Source: Chiloscyllium plagiosum (lineage: Eukaryota). From it: a stretch of 36,025 bases of DNA. The stretch is from contig NC_057754.1 of assembly GCF_004010195.1 (NCBI RefSeq), positions 1,168,549 to 1,204,573 of the forward strand, in the 5' to 3' direction. Made by a program: the position numbers and the translations under genes. The notes beneath the pieces were generated by a model that was not told where the DNA came from, did not search any database, and saw only the letters and a program-made list of their open reading frames with translations. Positions 32,513 to 36,025 of this stretch are shown here, one piece after another. The stretch's first letter is position 1; each line of letters begins with the position of its first letter.

Positions 32513-33785
32513 CTAAAAAGAGGCACAAATACAAATCACTCAACATAAAAGGACCAGTTTGTAGCACAGTGAAAAACTGAGGGCATTTGTTGTGTGGGGA
32601 ATAGTGGGGAAAAAGGTGCTGTCTCAGCTAGCACACAGACTCAGAGCATTCTGTTTTAACATTCTACACTCTCCCTCCTCAGGTAAGCTGCAGATCGAGC
32701 TGACTGCACTCTCAAACATTCTACATGGTTTCTCAGAGCACAGCCAACCCATTCTCAAATTTTAAAAAAAACTTCCTGTTAGTATTTACTCCTGTTAGTT
32801 TCTCTCTCCTGGCTTTAGAACAAAAAACAGTACAACACAGTACAGGCCCTTCTAACCTACTCGAAAATCAGACTAACCTACATACTCTTCATTGTACTAA
32901 GTTCCATGCGCCTATCCAAGAAGCGTTTAAATGTTCCTAATGTACCTGCTCAACTACCACTGTTGACAGTGCATTCCACCCACTCTCTGAGTAAAGAACC
33001 TCCTCTGATGTCACCCCTAAATCTTCCTCTAATTACTTTAAAATCATACCCCCTAGCGATAGACATTTCCACCACGGGAAAAAGTATCTACTCCATCTAT
33101 GCCTCTCAACATCTTGTACACCTCTATCAAGTCACCTCTTATCCTTCACTCCAATGAGAAAAGCCCTAGCTCCCTCAACCTTTCTTCATAAGACACACCC
33201 TCCAGTCCAGGCAGCATCCTGGGAAATCATTGCACCCTCTCTAAAGCTTCCACATCCTTCCTATAATGAGGTGACCAGAACATATTCCAAGTGTGGTCTC
33301 TACAGAGGTTTACAACCCTACCAATTTGTGTGGAAACCTTGAGGGATCTATGGACATGGACCCCAAGATCCCTCTGTTCCTCCACGGTCTCAAGAATCTT
33401 ACCTTTAACCCTGTAACGTCCATTCAAATTTGATCTTCCAAAGTGAATGACTTCACACTTTTCCGGGTTGAACTCCACCTGCCACTTATCAGCCCAGTTC
33501 TGCATCTTGTCAGTGACCCGTTGCAACCTATAACAGCCCCTCTCACTATTCACAGCTCCACCAACCTTACTAACCCACCCTTCCACTTCCTTATCCAAGT
33601 CATTTAGAAAAATCACTAAGAGCAGAGGGCCCAGACCCAATCCCTGCAGAACACCGCTGGCCATCGAACTCCAAGCTGAATACTTTCCATCTACCACTAT
33701 CCTCAGTCTTCTATGGGCCAGCCAATTCTGTATCCAGACAGACAGGTTTCCCTGTATCCCATGCTGCCCTACTTTCTGAATGAGT

Positions 33786-34112
33786 AGAGATCAGAGTGGT
33801 GCTGGAAAAGCACAGCAGGTCAGGCAGCATCAGAGGAGCAGGAAAATTGATGTTTTGGGCAAAAGCCCTTCATCAGGAATGGAGGCATGCAGCGTCCAAG
33901 GTGGAGAGATAAATATAGGGGTGGGGGGCCTGGTGGTGGTGGTGGTGTGGGGCTGGGGAGAAGGTAGCAATGAGTACAATAAGTGGATGGAGGTGATAGG
34001 TCAGAGGGGAGGGTGGAGTGGATAGGTGGGAAGGGAGATTGGCAGATAGGACAGGTCATGGGGACGGAGCTGAGCTGGAAGGATGGAACTGGGGTGAGGG
34101 GGCGGGGAGGGG
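33786..34112 (-). mobile_element. Penelope-like 3' terminus inserted in the CR1
   Basis: Same pLTR family as 5062-5300 and 25991-26331; core CTGATGA A GGGC TTTT GCCC AAAACATC (mutated). Confidence 0.8.
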
Positions 34113-34216
34113 ATTAGCTTACCATGGGGAATCTTATCAAACGCCTTGCTAAACTCCATTCAAATCACATCCACTGCTCTACCTTCAATGTGTTTTGTAA
34201 CATCTTCAAAGAATTT

Positions 34217-34550
34217 GGGTGGCACAGTGGCTCAGTGGGTAGCAACACTGCCTCACAGCGCCAGGGACCCAGGTTTGAATCCAGCCTCGGGTGACTGTCT
34301 GTGTGGAGTTTGCACGTTCTCCCCGTGTCTGCGTGGGTTTCCTCCGGGTGCTCCGGTTTCCTCCCACAGTCCAAAGATGTGCAGGTCAGGTAAGTTGGCC
34401 ATGCTAAATTGCCCCTAGTGTTCAGGGATGTGTAGGTTAGGTGCATTAGTTCGGGGTAGGGGAATGGGTCTGGGTGGGGTTACACTGAGGGTCAGTGTGG
34501 ACTTGTTGGGCCCAAAGAACTGTTTCCACACTGTAGGGATTCTATTCTAT
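34217..34550 (+). mobile_element. HE1-type V-SINE inserted in the CR1
   Basis: TGGCTCAGTGG A box, V-domain, tail ATTCTATTCTATG. Confidence 0.92.
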
Positions 34551-34865
34551 GATTCATTAAGGTTTGAGAGGCACAACCTCCCTTTCACAAAGTCATGTTG
34601 ACTGTCTCTGATCAAACTATGGTTTTCTAGGTAATCATAATTCCTGCCTCTCAGAATCCTCTCCAATAATTTGTCCACCACAAATGTAACACTGACTGGT
34701 CTGTAATTCCCAGTGTAATCCCAATTCCCTTTCTTGAACAAGGGGATAACATTTGCCACCCTCCAATCATCTGGCACTATTCTAGTGGGCAGTGAGGACA
34801 CAAAGATCATCACCAAAGGCACAGCAATCTCTTGCCTTGCTTCCTGTAGTAAACCCTCGGTATAT

Positions 34866-34995
34866 CCTGATGAAGAGCTCTGACCCAAAACGTCGATTTT
34901 CCTGCTGCTCGGATGCTGCCTGACCTGCTGTGCTTTTCCAGCACCACTCTAACCCTGACTCTGATCTCCAGCATCTGAGGTCCTCCCTTTCGCCT
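34866..34995 (+). mobile_element. Short Penelope-like pLTR insertion with ~13-bp TSD
   Basis: TCGGTATATCCTG at 34857-34869 and 34996-35008; insert begins at CTGATGA. Confidence 0.75.
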
Positions 34996-35810
34996 TCGGT
35001 ATATCCTGTCTGGCCCAGGGGACTACCTATTCCTATGTTTTTCAAAATCCTCCTTCCAAAAATGAACCTGTTTGAGTGTATGAGTCTGTTTCACACTATC
35101 CTCAGAAACGTCAAGATCCCTCTCAGAGGTGAATACTGAAACAAAGTACTCATTAAGGCCCTCCCATAACTCCAGGCACAAGTTCCCTCCAATATCCCTG
35201 ATTGGCCCTACCCTCACTCTGGCCATCCTCTTGTTCTTCACATAAGTGGAGAATACCTTAGAGTTTTCCTTAATCCTATCCGGTAAAGCTTTTTCATGCC
35301 CCCTTCTGAGTCCATTCCTCAGTTCCTTCCTGGCTACCTCGTAACCCTCTGAGCCCTGTCCTGTTCCTTGCCTCCTCAACCTTCAGTAAGCTTCCTCCTT
35401 CCTGTTGACTCAATGTTCCACATCCCTTGTCACCCAAAGTTCCTTCACGCTACCATCCCTTCCTTGCCTCAGTGGGACAAACCTGTCCAGCACTATCAGC
35501 AGGTGCTCCCTAAACAACCTCCACATTTCTGTTGTGCATTTTCCTGAGAACATCTGTTCCCAATTTAGGTGCCCCAGTTCCTGCCTAATAGCATTGTAAT
35601 TCCCCCTCCCCCAGGTAAATACTTTGCCATACCGTCTGCTCCTATTCCTCTCCATGGCTATAATAAAGGTCATGGAGGTGTGATCACTATCACGTAAATG
35701 CTCTCCGACCGAGACATCTGACACCTGGCATGGATCAGTGCTAAATACCAAATCCAATAGGGCCAAACCTCTATTCGGTCTATCTACCTACTGAGTCAGG
35801 AATATTTCCT

Positions 35811-36025
35811 GGAAAATGATCTGGCTCGGAGGGTGAATAGCTGTTAATGGAGACTGTTAGTGGCTAACAATAGGTAGTGTGTAATGGCAAACTATGTGAT
35901 AACAAAATCTAGTGTGTGATGTTTGGTGTTGGTACAAGGGCGAGTTAAGGACCTAAAATTATTGAACTCGATATTGAGTCTGAAGGGCTACAGGGTCCCC
36001 AAGTGGAAAATGAGGTGTTGTTCTT
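35811..36025 (-). mobile_element. Penelope-like element, GIY-YIG endonuclease C-terminus and 3' region
   Basis: Minus strand EQHLIFHLGTL*PFRLNIEFNNFR matches the LxTLxPxGLN C-terminal GIY-YIG motif. Confidence 0.8.

Larger units (their letters stand above)
32815..35810 (-). mobile_element. CR1 LINE ORF2 (endonuclease C-term, linker, RT, C-term), disrupted and with nested inserts
   Basis: LLDLVFS..VGEHLRDSDH; WRVANVIPLFKKG..GNYRPVS..SQHDFVKGRLCLSNL; SGVLQGLGLGPLL..FLNDL; WADKWQVEFNPEKCEVIHFGR. Confidence 0.95.

Noticed and set aside
32513..36025. Search for the next upstream POLA2 exon (VVIMEG.NTTG..L-like)
   Set aside because: Not found; the region is CR1/SINE/PLE, so the exon must lie beyond the window.

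Overview
Vertebrate genomic DNA, almost certainly from a shark: it carries HE1/V-SINEs, HER1/CR1 LINEs, Deu-domain SINEs and Penelope-like repeats; a bamboo/carpet shark is an inference. The window holds the last nine coding exons of POLA2 (DNA polymerase alpha subunit B) on the minus strand (32512->6428; 834 nt, 277 aa + stop, all GT-AG with consistent phases), with a poly(A) signal at 6017-6022. Its 5' exons lie beyond the right edge. The left edge holds a housekeeping-type promoter (ZNF143/THAP11, ETS, CCAAT) of an unidentified neighbouring gene. The rest is intronic or intergenic: nested retroelements, two DNA-transposon-like MITEs with target-site duplications (TSDs), a ~280-bp foldback, a 3.6-kb perfect 20-mer array plus a 14-mer array, a CpG-rich minisatellite grown inside a SINE, and two assembly gaps. 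The most interesting signals are several minimal hammerhead-ribozyme cores with covarying stem II in Penelope-like termini, including short TSD-flanked insertions that begin at the ribozyme and one intact core in POLA2 pre-mRNA sense. An AT-rich unclassified TIR element with an 8/9-bp TSD also stands out. No new protein-coding system is supported; the very long ORFs are repeat or N artefacts.
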